From Eledone cirrhosa (Eukaryota), in contig OZ024743.1 of NCBI GenBank assembly GCA_964016885.1, forward strand, positions 93,682,001 to 93,746,000: a stretch of DNA of 64,000 nt. Reading direction: 5' to 3'. Under the pieces are notes generated by a model. That model worked only from the letters and a program-made list of their open reading frames with translations, did not search any database and was not told the origin of the DNA. The translations under genes were made by a program, and so were the position numbers. Below, piece by piece: positions 53,422 to 64,000 of this stretch (positions are counted from its first letter, which is position 1; each line of letters begins with the position of its first letter).

Positions 53422-56400
53422 CTACAGGCTTATAAACAGAGAAGGCCCAATCACTCGGGCCATTTTCGCTTCATTCACCCACCTTTCAGTAAATTTACTG
53501 GGGTGCAGTGCCTCTCTCTCCACCCTGATTCTCCTTCTAAAGTGATACTTAAAGAATGGAATCAATTGTTGTCCGGAGAGAAAGGCATCTGTCCTCAGTC
53601 CTCTCAACCTCGTCCACCATATAACTTCTTTCACCATAGCCACCGTACAGAGGAAAACCGCCTCTCTTTCGTTTTTGAAAGAGTCTGGCGGTTTGATCCT
53701 TACTATGGACTCGGCAGTCAACTGTATTTGTCCCATACGCGACAGCAGTTGTTCTGCATAGTTCCACAGGTCGCTTACACCCGGGCAGTGTACAATTGCG
53801 TGCAGAACTGTTTCAATGTCCTGCGCACATCTTGGACACGTCCTCTTGGAAGGATCCCTGCCAGGGCGTCCGTGCCTGTAGATCTTGTCACGAACCGGTA
53901 GAGCTCCTCGGTAGCACTGCCAGGCCAGGGACCTCTGGAAGTTGTCCATAGGTCCCGGGCGGAAAGTCCTACCAAACAGACTGGTGAGCTCATCGTCTTC
54001 GACGCCCAGAATCTCTCCGAGCACGTCGTCGCCCTTGTAACGTACAATCCCTCTATAGAATGTCGAAGTGGAGTCTCCACTGATTGCTGCGCCCGCTTGC
54101 CAGAGGACTGTGAGCGCCTGAGCGCATTCAATGTGCCAGGCGCCCATCGTTTTCGGTCTTTTCTTCACCCAGGACTGCAGCTCCGTTAGCGAGACGAGCT
54201 GTGGGAAAGCCTGTCTCACAAACGGTGCCCACACCGGTTGGGGGTCGGTGAGGAATACCTGGAGATGCCGCAGCCTCAGCGCATGTTTGCGCATCATCAG
54301 CCACGGCATTCCCAGCCCTCCGTTGGAAGGGTGCTGACAGCAGACGGATCTCCTCACCAGCGGAGCCTGCTTCTTCCACAGAAACTGGAAGAGCATGCGT
54401 TCCATCTTGGCGAGGTGTTCACGGGGACAAGGCACGACAGTCAAGCGGTAGTAGATGACGGACGCTATGAAAGTGTTCGCCACCTCCGCTCGACCTTTCA
54501 AGGACAGTTTGCACTCTGCCCACTTCTGAGTGAGTGCAAACACCTTGGCCGTGACCTCGTTCCAGTTTTTCTCCACCTGGAGGTCTGGACCGAACCAGAC
54601 CCCGAGCAATTTCACCGGTCCGTCCGTCCAGCGTCCAACGACGCTGTCGGATGTCATCGGTTTGCCTCTCCACGTACCGAGTTGCAAACCGACAGACTTG
54701 TCTGGGTTTAGTTTTGCTCCCGTCAGCGTTTCGTATTCTTTCAGTATGTTGCCGATCACCCCGATTTCCGAGGTGCTCGACACCATTACTGTCACGTCGT
54801 CGGCATAAGCCGACGCCGCTTTGCGCAGTCCCGGTTCTAGGGGGATGCCCTGCAACAGCTCCAATTTCCGCAGTAGTGGCTCTAGAGTCAATACATACAG
54901 AATGGAGGAGAGAGGGCATCCCTGTCGAATGGAACGCGTGATTGCGAACGGCTCCGATAGGTAGCCGTTCACCTTGACCCTCGAGCAGATGCTGGTGTGC
55001 ATCGCCTCGATCCATCCTCTGAACACGGGACCGAAACCGGCCGCCTTGAGAACCGCTTCCAAGTATCGATGGTCGACCCTATCGAATGCCTTAGACTGAT
55101 CCAAGTTGATCAGAGCCCCACCGAAGCCGGGTTTACTACCCACCCTCTCTATGATGTATCGCATGAGGTGGAGGTTGTCGTGTATGGACCTGGTCGGGAT
55201 TGCACATGTTTGCGCTTTCCCTACCAGGTTCTCGACGACAAGCGCCAACCTCGTCGCTAGCACCTTGGCCAAAATCTTTAACTCTGTGTTGAGCAGAGTT
55301 ATGGGTCTGAAGTTGTTAATTTCGTCCCCCTTGTTCTCGTCTTTCCTGATCAGCGTTACTACGCCCTTGCCTGCAGAACTGGGAATTCTCCCGTTCTGCT
55401 GCCAATTGCAGTAGACGGCTTCGAGGACGCCAGAGAACAAGTCCGGCATGCCTATGTAAAATTCGTAGGGTAGACCATCTAGACCGGGTGACTTGCGTTT
55501 CTCGCAGCGGCCCAGAACGTCCCGTATCTCAGTGTCCGTGATCGGTCTTTCGCAGAACTCGGCGTCCGTGTTCGAGAGACGCGGCAGGCCGTCGAGGTAT
55601 GAACTAAAGTCCATTGCCCCGTTCGGCTCACCGTCGTTCTGCTCAAACAGTCGCGCAAAGTGCCGCTGAAAGGCCGCGCACATTTGCTTGGGGTCAAGTA
55701 GCACGCGTCCGTTTTGGTCTTTCAAAGACCGAATCGTGGACTTGTTGCCACTTTTTGCCTCCGCCACTTGGGCCCAGCTGACAGCTTTCGCTCCTTCGTT
55801 TCCTAGAGCACGTGTTTTGCTTCTGACCACGCAGCCTTCGTGTTTCGCATCGAAGAACTGGTCCAGTGCCGTTCTCGACGCTAACACTCTAGCCGCGTTG
55901 CCACTTCTAAGTGCCTCCTCTACCTTGGCTACTAGTTCTCTTTCTATTCTGTTTTTCTCTAAGGCTAACTCTCTGCTATACCCTATCGATTCTATTCTAA
56001 TTGCTTTCTTGAGAGAGTACCACCATCTATTGTTGACGATGGCTCCCGTTAACTGTTGCTTGACTAGTTTACTTATCCGTTCACTGTAAGCTTTACGTGC
56101 CGGCAACGACACGTTCAGCTTCCAGTATCCGGGACCCTGTCTATGTATTCTATCACGGTTGACTAAGCAGACGACTAACTTGTGATCTGAATAGGCAACC
56201 ATGTGCATTCGTGGACAGCTTAACATATCCTTGTCCCTTTCTCTAATGAAGAACCTATCTAAATACGATCTAGATGTCCCACTGCGGTTTACCCACGTCC
56301 ACTGTGGTGCAGTCGGGAAATCCAGTCGATACCTATCGGCCAGTTGGAATTGGCCGATTAAAGTTTTGAGGCTGTTGCACCCCGCTCTACTGGGACATGC

Positions 56401-56868
56401 TCCCACATAGTCCCATCGTGCATCTAGGATACCATTCCAGTCCCCCACTAAAAGTAAGGAGCGAGACGTTCCCAGAAAAGACTCTAGACGCTTAAAGAAG
56501 TCTGGCCGTGATTGCGATTGCCCGGTCGGGGCATAAACGGCCACCAGTCTGAAGGCTCCACCTCCGATACTGTTCACGTCTAGGACTACCAGTCTACCCT
56601 CCGGGTCCAAGTGTACTTGCTGTACTCCGACGTCCAGGTTCTTCCGAAACATAACAGCCACTCCACCTCCACCTCCTGGCTGACAGAGAGATGCGTAGAT
56701 CTCAAAGTTGTCGAAGATGGGGGTTAGTTGCTGCCTGTTGTGGATTCTGGACTCGGTGATGGCTATCACATCCATACTGTGTGACCTAAGGTCGTTTAAA
56801 AGTTGGCCCTGTTTCCAGGGCATCCCTAGGCCACGCACATTCACGGTTCCAACTCGTAAACCAGCCAT
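53422..56868 (-). CDS. Tx1-clade ORF2 (AP endonuclease, RT, C-terminal CCHC), 1148 aa
   Basis: TVNVRGL, GDWN, SDH, GPGYWKLN, KSPGLDG, RPITLLN, DQSKAFD, RQGCPLS, AYADD and CPRC..H..C motifs. Uninterrupted. Confidence 0.96.
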   Translation of the reverse strand: MAGLRVGTVNVRGLGMPWKQGQLLNDLRSHSMDVIAITESRIHNRQQLTPIFDNFEIYASLCQPGGGGGVAVMFRKNLDVGVQQVHLDPEGRLVVLDVNSIGGGAFRLVAVYAPTGQSQSRPDFFKRLESFLGTSRSLLLVGDWNGILDARWDYVGACPSRAGCNSLKTLIGQFQLADRYRLDFPTAPQWTWVNRSGTSRSYLDRFFIRERDKDMLSCPRMHMVAYSDHKLVVCLVNRDRIHRQGPGYWKLNVSLPARKAYSERISKLVKQQLTGAIVNNRWWYSLKKAIRIESIGYSRELALEKNRIERELVAKVEEALRSGNAARVLASRTALDQFFDAKHEGCVVRSKTRALGNEGAKAVSWAQVAEAKSGNKSTIRSLKDQNGRVLLDPKQMCAAFQRHFARLFEQNDGEPNGAMDFSSYLDGLPRLSNTDAEFCERPITDTEIRDVLGRCEKRKSPGLDGLPYEFYIGMPDLFSGVLEAVYCNWQQNGRIPSSAGKGVVTLIRKDENKGDEINNFRPITLLNTELKILAKVLATRLALVVENLVGKAQTCAIPTRSIHDNLHLMRYIIERVGSKPGFGGALINLDQSKAFDRVDHRYLEAVLKAAGFGPVFRGWIEAMHTSICSRVKVNGYLSEPFAITRSIRQGCPLSSILYVLTLEPLLRKLELLQGIPLEPGLRKAASAYADDVTVMVSSTSEIGVIGNILKEYETLTGAKLNPDKSVGLQLGTWRGKPMTSDSVVGRWTDGPVKLLGVWFGPDLQVEKNWNEVTAKVFALTQKWAECKLSLKGRAEVANTFIASVIYYRLTVVPCPREHLAKMERMLFQFLWKKQAPLVRRSVCCQHPSNGGLGMPWLMMRKHALRLRHLQVFLTDPQPVWAPFVRQAFPQLVSLTELQSWVKKRPKTMGAWHIECAQALTVLWQAGAAISGDSTSTFYRGIVRYKGDDVLGEILGVEDDELTSLFGRTFRPGPMDNFQRSLAWQCYRGALPVRDKIYRHGRPGRDPSKRTCPRCAQDIETVLHAIVHCPGVSDLWNYAEQLLSRMGQIQLTAESIVRIKPPDSFKNEREAVFLCTVAMVKEVIWWTRLRGLRTDAFLSGQQLIPFFKYHFRRRIRVEREALHPSKFTERWVNEAKMARVIGPSLFISL

Positions 56869-57209
56869 GTTGGTGAAGAAAAGTTGGAGAAAAAGGACGA
56901 AAGGTGCACTTACCTTTTCGTTTCCTGGAGATCGGGTTGTTCAATCTCCATTTGGGTGCTGGATGGGGTGTTGGGTGGGGTGGGGAAACCTTTCAACAGG
57001 ACGCGGTTGATGGGTTTGTGGCAGGGGTTGTCCACGTCCTGTGAAAATTTAATTTTCAGGTCTTTATAGGTTTCCATAGAAACCCTTATAAGTTTAAGGT
57101 GTGGAGACGATTCTGCCTTGACGAAAGTTTTGCCCTCCGTCTCCACCTTGGGGTTTTGGGAGATGACCTCCATCAAACTCTTGTTGTTTGTGTTGATGTA
57201 TGCGTATTG

Positions 57210-57750
57210 TTAGATAGATAGATAGATAGATAGATATGTTTCTTTTATTTGCCACTAGGGCATCAAAAGTGGGACAAGTACAAAGGGGGGAGTTTACACA
57301 AAAAGGCGTCCTCAATAAGGAGGAGGCAATAACAAAATATAAAAATAAAATGAGATATAACAAAAAATAAAATTTTTAACAAAATCCTCAATAGAGAGGA
57401 GGCGCCTTGGGGGATCGCACACACCCCCGAAAAAAGTGTGCAACCCTTCTCCTCAGGAGCACAGAGAAGGGGTGCTCCCTTGGTCTTTCATCTTCCTCAC
57501 CTATAGTCTGATGTAGAGTGAAGGCCCATTCACACGGGCCATTCTCGCCACTTTCACCCATCTTTCATAGAAACGGCTGGGGTGCAGCACCTCTCTCTCC
57601 ATCCTGATCCTTCTTCCGAAATGATATCGGAAGAAACGGACCAGTTGTTGGCCAGAGAGAAAGGTGCCCGACCTCAGTCCTTTCAGACGCGTCCACCATA
57701 CAACCTCTTTCGCCATGGCTATTACGCACAGAAACACCGCCTCTGCTTCA
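57210..57750 (-). mobile_element. 5'-truncated 3' fragment of Tx1 family B inside ORF1 of element A
   Basis: Near-identical to 58594-59130, with a (TATC)n tail. Confidence 0.9.
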
Positions 57751-58593
57751 TGAGAATGGATAGACTCCCGCAGAGTCTATCCTTCTGAATGAAGGTGATG
57801 TCCTTCATGACGTCTTTTAAAACCAGCTCTATCTCGCTCTGTGATGGTTGAGCTGGTTTTTTACTTTTGTTCGAGATTGTCCTAAACATGACCGTGTTTA
57901 GGAGTCTCTGGCTTTTTAGTTCCGGGGGGAATGGATTGTGAATGAACCATTTTCCCCGTACACTATATATTTTTTCGCATCCGCCAGTAGCTCCTTCGCT
58001 TTTGTTATATCTACTGGCAGATAGTCGAGGGTTTTCCTTGTCGTCTCGGCGAAGGAGAAATTTTGTTTGTTTGTGTTGTTGTTGTCGTTGGTGGTGTTGT
58101 TGTTATCATTGTTGTTGTTGTCACCGTTATTGGTCTTGTTGTTGTTATTGTTATTGTTATTGGTGTTGTTTTCGTCCGTCGCATTGTTGTTGTTGTTGCT
58201 GTTGCTGCTGGTTCTTTGGGTTGTTGCCATGGCAACGTCAAGTTGTCGGTTAACAGGTGGAGAGAATTCTTCCTCAGGCTGACCTATCTTCTTGACCTCT
58301 GCTACTGTGACAGTGGCAGGGGGAAGCTGTAAGTTCATCTTCCCCTTTCCTCCTTCGAATTTTGGTGAAGAAGCTTCAGCCATTTAAAAAAATATTGACT
58401 TTTCAACAAGAAAAAACTTTTTTTTTAACTATTTCGCCTAAAGGCGTAGAATATTTTGAGAGACTGACCAGATCAAAGTTTGACCTGGCAGTCCCTCTAC
58501 AAAATGGTACAAAAATTAAAGTTATCAGACAAGAATTTCTATAGAAATTTAAACAGAACTTACTCAGCAAGTTATACGCGTGTGTCCATCCCA

Positions 58594-61500
58594 GAGATAG
58601 ATAGATAGATAGATATATTTCTTTTATTTGCCACTAGGGCATCAAAAGTGGGACAAGTACAAAGGGGGGAGTTTACACAAAAAGGCGTCCTCAATAAGGA
58701 GGAGGCAATAACAAAATATAAAAATAAAATAAGATATAACAAAAAATAAAATTTTTAACAAAATCCTCAATAGAGAGGAGGCGCCTTGGGGGGTCGCACA
58801 CACCCCCGAAAAAAGTGTGCAACCCTTCTCCTCAGGAGCACAGAGAAGGGGTGCTCCCTTGGTCTTTCATCTTCCTCACCTATAGTCTGATGTAGAGTGA
58901 AGGCCCATTCACACGGGCCATTCTCGCCACTTTCACCCATCTTTCATAGAAACGGCTGGGGTGCAGCACCTCTCTCTCCATCCTGATCCTTCTTCCGAAA
59001 TGATATCGGAAGAAACGGACCAGTTGTTGGCCAGAGAGAAAGGTGCCCGACCTCAGTCCTTTCAGACGCGTCCACCATACAACCTCTTTCGCCATGGCTA
59101 TTACGCACAGAAACACCGCCTCTGCTTCATCTTTGAAGGGGGGAGGCGGCTTGATCATTACAATAGACTCGGTGGTCAACCGGATCGGTCCCACCCTTGA
59201 CAGCAGTTGTTCGACATAGCCCCACAGATCGGCTACGCCCGAGCAGTGTACTAATGCGTGTGCAACGGTTTCCTCGTCGCACACGCATCTGGGACAGATC
59301 TTTTTGGCGGGGTCCCTACCCGGGCGCCCGTGTCTGTAGAGCCTTTCTCGAACGGGTAAAGCCCCTCGGTAGCACTGCCAGGCCAGGGACTTCTGGAAGT
59401 TGTCCATAGGTCCCGGGCTGAATGTCCTACCGAAAAGGCTGGCCAGTTCGTCCTCCTCCATGTCTAGGGCTTCTCCGAGGGCGTCGTCGCACCTGCTGCG
59501 TACCAGCCCTCTATAGAATGTTGCGGTGGAGTCTCCACTGATAACCGGATCCGCCTGCCAGAGGGCGGTGAGCGCCTGGGCACACTCAGTGTGCCAGGCG
59601 CCCAGTTTTCTCGGTCTTTGCTTGACCCAGGATTGCAGCTCGGTGAGTGAGACGAGTCTGGGAAAGGTTCGTCTCACAAACGAGGCCCACACCGGTTGTC
59701 CGGTGAGGAATACGTAGAGGTGCCGTAGCCTTAATGCGTGTTTACGCATCATTAGCCACGGCATCCCCAGCCCTCCTTTCGAAGGGTGTTGACAGCAGAT
59801 GGATCTCCTCACCATAGGAGCCCGCCTCTTCCAAAGGAATTGGAAGAGCGCGCGCTCCATCTTGGTGAGGGTTTCCCTTGGGCAGGGCACTACGGTCAGG
59901 CGGTAGTAGATGACGGACGCTATATAAGTGTTCGCCACCTCCGCCCGACCTTTCAGGGATAGTTTGCAACTGGCCCACTTCTGGGTCAGTGCAAACACCC
60001 TGTTCGTAACCTCCGCCCAGTTTTTCTCCACCTGGAGGTCCGGTCCGAACCAGACCCCGAGCAACTTCACCGGGCCCTCTGTCCAGCGTCCGACAACGCC
60101 ATCGGAGGGCATCGGTCTGCCCCTCCACGTGCCGAGTTGCAAACCGATCGACTTGTCCCGGTTCAGCTTAGCCCCTGTGAACTTTTCGTACTCCTCCAGT
60201 AAGGTGCCGACCGCCTCGATTTCGGAGGCCGTCGACACCATTACTGTCACATCATCGGCGTAGGCTGACACCGCTTTCCGCAATCCCGGTTCCAAAGGGA
60301 TGCCCTGCAACAACTCCAACTTCCGCAGTAGTGGCTCGAGAGTCAACACATACAGAAGGGAGGAGAGAGGGCACCCTTGTCGGATGGACCGCGCGATTTT
60401 GAACGGCTCCGAGAGGTAGCCGTTCACCTTGACCCTAGAGCAGATGCGGCTGCTGTGCATAGCAGTGATCCAGCCCCTGAAAACGGGTCCGAAGCCTGCC
60501 GCCGCTAGCACCGCATCCAGGTAACCATGGTCGACCCTATCGAACGCCTTAGATTGATCCAAGTTGATCAGAGCCCCACCAAAGCCGGGTTCGTTCCCAA
60601 CCCTCTCTATGATGTATCGCATGAGGTGGAGGTTGTCATGGATGGACCTGGACGGGATAGCGCATGTCTGCGCATCTCCCACCAGGTTGCCCACGACAAG
60701 CGCCAACCTCTTTGCTAGCACCTTGGCCAAAATCTGTAACTCTGTATTTAGCAGAGTTATGGGCCTGAAGTTACTTATTTCGTCCCTCTTGTTCTCGTCC
60801 TTCCTCACTAGCGTGACTACGCCCTTGGTCACAGTACAGGGAATTCTCCCGTTCTGTTGCCAGTTGCAGTAGACCGCCTCGAGGAGATCGGGGAACAAGT
60901 CCGGCATAGCTAGATATAATTCGTAAGGAAGACCATCGAGACCCGGGGATTTGCGTTTGCCGCATTGGCTCAGCACGTCCTCTATCTCAGCGGCCGAAAT
61001 CGGCTCCTCGCAGGACTTCGCCTCCCTGTCCGAGAGGCGCGGCAGGCCGTTGAGGTATGGACCGAAGTCCACATTCCCAACCGGCTGCCCGCCCCTCCCG
61101 AACAGTCGGGCAAAGTGCCTTTGAAAGGCCTCACACATCTGCTTAGGCTCAAGAATCGCCCGTCCATCCAGGTCTCGCAAAGACCGGATGGTGGATTTAG
61201 TTCCACTGTTGGCCTCTGTCACGCGGGCCCAGCCAACAGCTTTGGTCCCCTCGTTCCCTAGAGCACGTATTTTACTTCGGACAACGCAACCTTCGTGCTT
61301 CGCGTCGAAAAACTGGCTCAAAGCCGTTCTCGACGCTAGCACTCTGGCCACGTCGCCGCTTCTAATTGCCTCTTCTACTCTATCTATTAGCTCCCTTTCC
61401 TTCCTATTCCTATCCGCAGCTAGAACCTTACTAAATTCAATCGAGACTACTCTAATCTCTCTCTTTAGAGATACCCACCACCTGCTGTTGACGATCGCTC

Positions 61501-61750
61501 CAGTCAACCGTTCCTTAACTAACGTACTAATCCGATTCCTGTAGGCTCTACTTGCCGGCAAGGACAAGTTGAGCTTCCAGTAACCGGGGCCCTGTCTATG
61601 CGTTCTATCAAGGTTGACCATGCAGGTCACCAACTTGTGGTCTGAATAGCCAACCATGAGCATTTCTGGACAGCTTAAAAAGTCCCTGTCCTTATTTCTA
61701 ACTAAAAATCTATCTAGGTACGATCTAGATGATCCGCTGCGATTTGACCA
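58594..61750 (-). mobile_element. Tx1-clade LINE B, 5'-truncated in the endonuclease, remainder of ORF2 open
   Basis: Open frame 58880-61750 closely paralogous to ORF2 of A. (GATA)n on both flanks. Confidence 0.93.
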
Positions 61751-61837
61751 AGAGATAGATAGATAGATAGATAGATAGACGTGTACCAAACACACACACA
61801 TTTCTTACTCTCTCTGTCCCTCCCTCTTTCTCTCTTC

Positions 61838-61936
<99 letters not shown>

Positions 61937-62474
61937 TCTATCTATGTTTATATATAAGGGATAAAAATATTGTTTTCTCAGTCACCAAGCTTCTCAATTC
62001 ATTCCTTACTACTTATTTTGCTACGAGGTATCTTATTTTGCAAGGTACTATTTTTCCCCTGAGTTTGTGATTTCAGAGAAAGGTAAGAAATTCTTCATAT
62101 TTTGCATCTTTTATATTTTGACTTTGCAGTTTCAATTGTCTATCCACTCAAAATATTACAACAGCTAACAGTGAAATATAGAATTTATAAAAAAAAAAGA
62201 AGCTTTTTTGACTGAGCTCAAATGTTTTTTTTTTATTTCAAAAATATATAATTTGAAATAACTTGCTTTTGTTTTGGACTGAAACTTTTTTGTATTTAAT
62301 TCGTACGAGTATTTTTTAAAGAATCTAAGATAACTTGATTTGGCCCAGTAATCTACTGATATCAAAATCAGTAGTATATTGAAAAATGGAAAAATAGGGT
62401 AGAGGGCGTTTCGTGATTTCGAGGGGCAAAAGGGGGCATTTGGCCAAAATGGGTTGAGAACCTTTGTTCTACAG

Positions 62475-64000
62475 CAAAGGTTCTCAACGGGGAGCATATG
62501 CACCCCCAGGGGGCATTTCGGAAATCCAGGGGGGCGTTTGGGAGCAAGGGGACATTAGGGGGGCGTTTGGGAGCAAGGGGACATTAGGGGGCGTTTGGAG
62601 CTTTGGAGTGCACTAGAAGGCTCTTTACTTTGGTAAGTTTTATAAGCCATATTTGTATGTCTTTTAGACAGCCAGTGTGAATGCATTTGAATGAGCATGC
62701 AGACAGCATAACTATGGTCTGACTGCAGCTATGAGCAGGTGTGCGGGCGTGTTTAGACATTAACCGGCAATTGAGATCCTAACAATGGAAAAACCCACAG
62801 TCAACTGGGTCAAGGACACTTCAATCGCAGCCAGTTAGAATCTTATCTTTCCTTCATCGAAATTATTGACTCAACGTAACGAGTTAACACTATGTAGATC
62901 TATTTTATTTCCTATTGTATAAATAATATTACAAATAAAAAAAAGAAAAAAAACACAGAAGCGGGTAGCACACACATCTAGGACCACATACAACACATAA
63001 TCAGATAAAACACACATCTAGGGCCACATACAACACATAAGCAGGTAATACACACATCTAGGACTACATACAACACACAGGCAAGTAATACATACATTTA
63101 GGACCACATACAACACATAAGCAGGTAATACAAACATCTAGGACCACATACAACACTTAATCAGGTTATACAAACATCTAGGACCACATACAACACATAA
63201 TCAGGTAATACATACATCTCGGACCACATGCAATACATAATCAGGTAATACATACATCTAGGACTACCTACAACACACAGGCAGGTAATAAATACATCTA
63301 GGACCAAATACAACACACATTGTATCATGTGCTACGGACGACGCTAGAACAATGGTCAGCCAACATAAGGGTTTCGTCACTCTTCTGAAGAGAGAAAATC
63401 TATCTGTATTTGTTGTTCATTGTGTCATTCATCAAGAACACTTGGTTGTGAAGAAACTCAGCAAGCCACTGAGCAAGTCCTTGCAGGTGGCCCTTGATGT
63501 CATCAATTTTATCAAACGGCATTCCCTCAATGAACGAATTTTCCGACAACTGTGCCAAGATAATGACGAAGAATTCGTCAAGTTGCTCCTTCATACTGAT
63601 GTGAGGTGGCTTTCAAAGGGCAACTGCCTTACTCACTTCTTTGAACTGTTCGACTCTTATCATTGAGTTTCTGCGAGGACGCAACACAGAACTGTACAAG
63701 AAAACCCTCGATGTGAGGCAAAACTGCGCCTACCTCACCGACATCGTCAACAAATGCAATAGCGTCGTTTTGGCTTTGCAGAGGAAGAAGATCACCTTGC
63801 TTAAAGCAACGAATGCTGTGAAAACATTCCTGGCCAAATTGAATGTCATCGAAAGGAATCTTTGTTGACGGGAATTCTATAATTTTCCTAGTGTCGCCAA
63901 TGTTCAAAACATTGTAAGCGATGACCAACTCCAAATGTATACCGCTCACCTCCGTGCGCTACAAGACAACATGAGAGAATGGTTTGTCGACCTTTTGACG
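62475..64000 (+). mobile_element. hAT (Charlie/Buster/ZBED-like) transposon, left end plus decayed transposase, continues past the window
   Basis: TIR CAAAGGTTCTCAAC, subterminal GGGGGCGTT repeats shared with 48590, and HCVIHQEHL, LLHTDVRWLSKG and AYLTDI motifs with a frameshift and a stop. Confidence 0.9.
62960..63320 (+). repeat. ~39-bp minisatellite, about 9 copies, inside the hAT element
   Basis: ACATCTAGGACCACATACAACACATAA(G/T)CAGGTAATAC repeated head to tail. Confidence 0.92.

Larger units (their letters stand above)
53170..58592 (-). mobile_element. Tx1-clade (L1-like) LINE A: intact ORF2, disrupted ORF1
   Basis: 3' AATAAA plus (TATC)n tail. ORF1 pieces 57916-58383 (Asn-rich), ~57750-57915 and 56910-57176 are interrupted by an insertion. 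Confidence 0.88.
48590..62466 (+). mobile_element. Non-autonomous hAT (Charlie/Buster-like) element expanded by nested insertions
   Basis: Left TIR (T)AAAGGTTCTCAAC at 48590, right TIR GTTGAGAACCTTTG ending 62466, and an identical 8-bp flank TTCTACAG at 48582-48589 and 62467-62474. Confidence 0.8.

Noticed and set aside
53377-61544. Numerous plus-strand and alternate-frame ORFs over the Tx1 elements (likewise over Gypsy pol)
   Set aside because: Shadow ORFs of GC-richer retroelement coding sequence.
61751-61801. N-terminus MCVCLVHVYLSIYLSIS of the 973-aa ORF
   Set aside because: Read-in from flanking microsatellite. The element is 5'-truncated and has no true start.

Overview
Eukaryotic, AT-rich, microsatellite-dense DNA made almost entirely of nested transposable elements. 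The tRNA-headed SINE family, RTE, Tx1, Penelope and Gypsy mix resembles an octopod/cephalopod genome (inference). The only convincing host coding sequence is an N-terminal exon of an ABCG2-like transporter (11564-11796, minus). Mobile elements include an apparently intact Gypsy element with identical LTRs nested in a deleted relative, two Penelope copies, Tx1-clade LINEs stacked at (GATA)n tracts, RTE/CR1/CRE remnants, Merlin, maT and hAT DNA transposons, Helentron-like elements and many SINEs. The most unusual non-coding signals are: about nine minimal hammerhead ribozyme motifs, including one element with hammerheads on both strands; a 1269-nt ORF-less, terminally redundant, ribozyme-bearing unit; four unrelated ~100-bp near-perfect fold-back palindromes; and a 13.9-kb hAT element, full of nested insertions, that shares its 8-bp target duplication with a second hAT copy. 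All alignments and RNA folds were done by eye, and boundaries of degenerate remnants are approximate.
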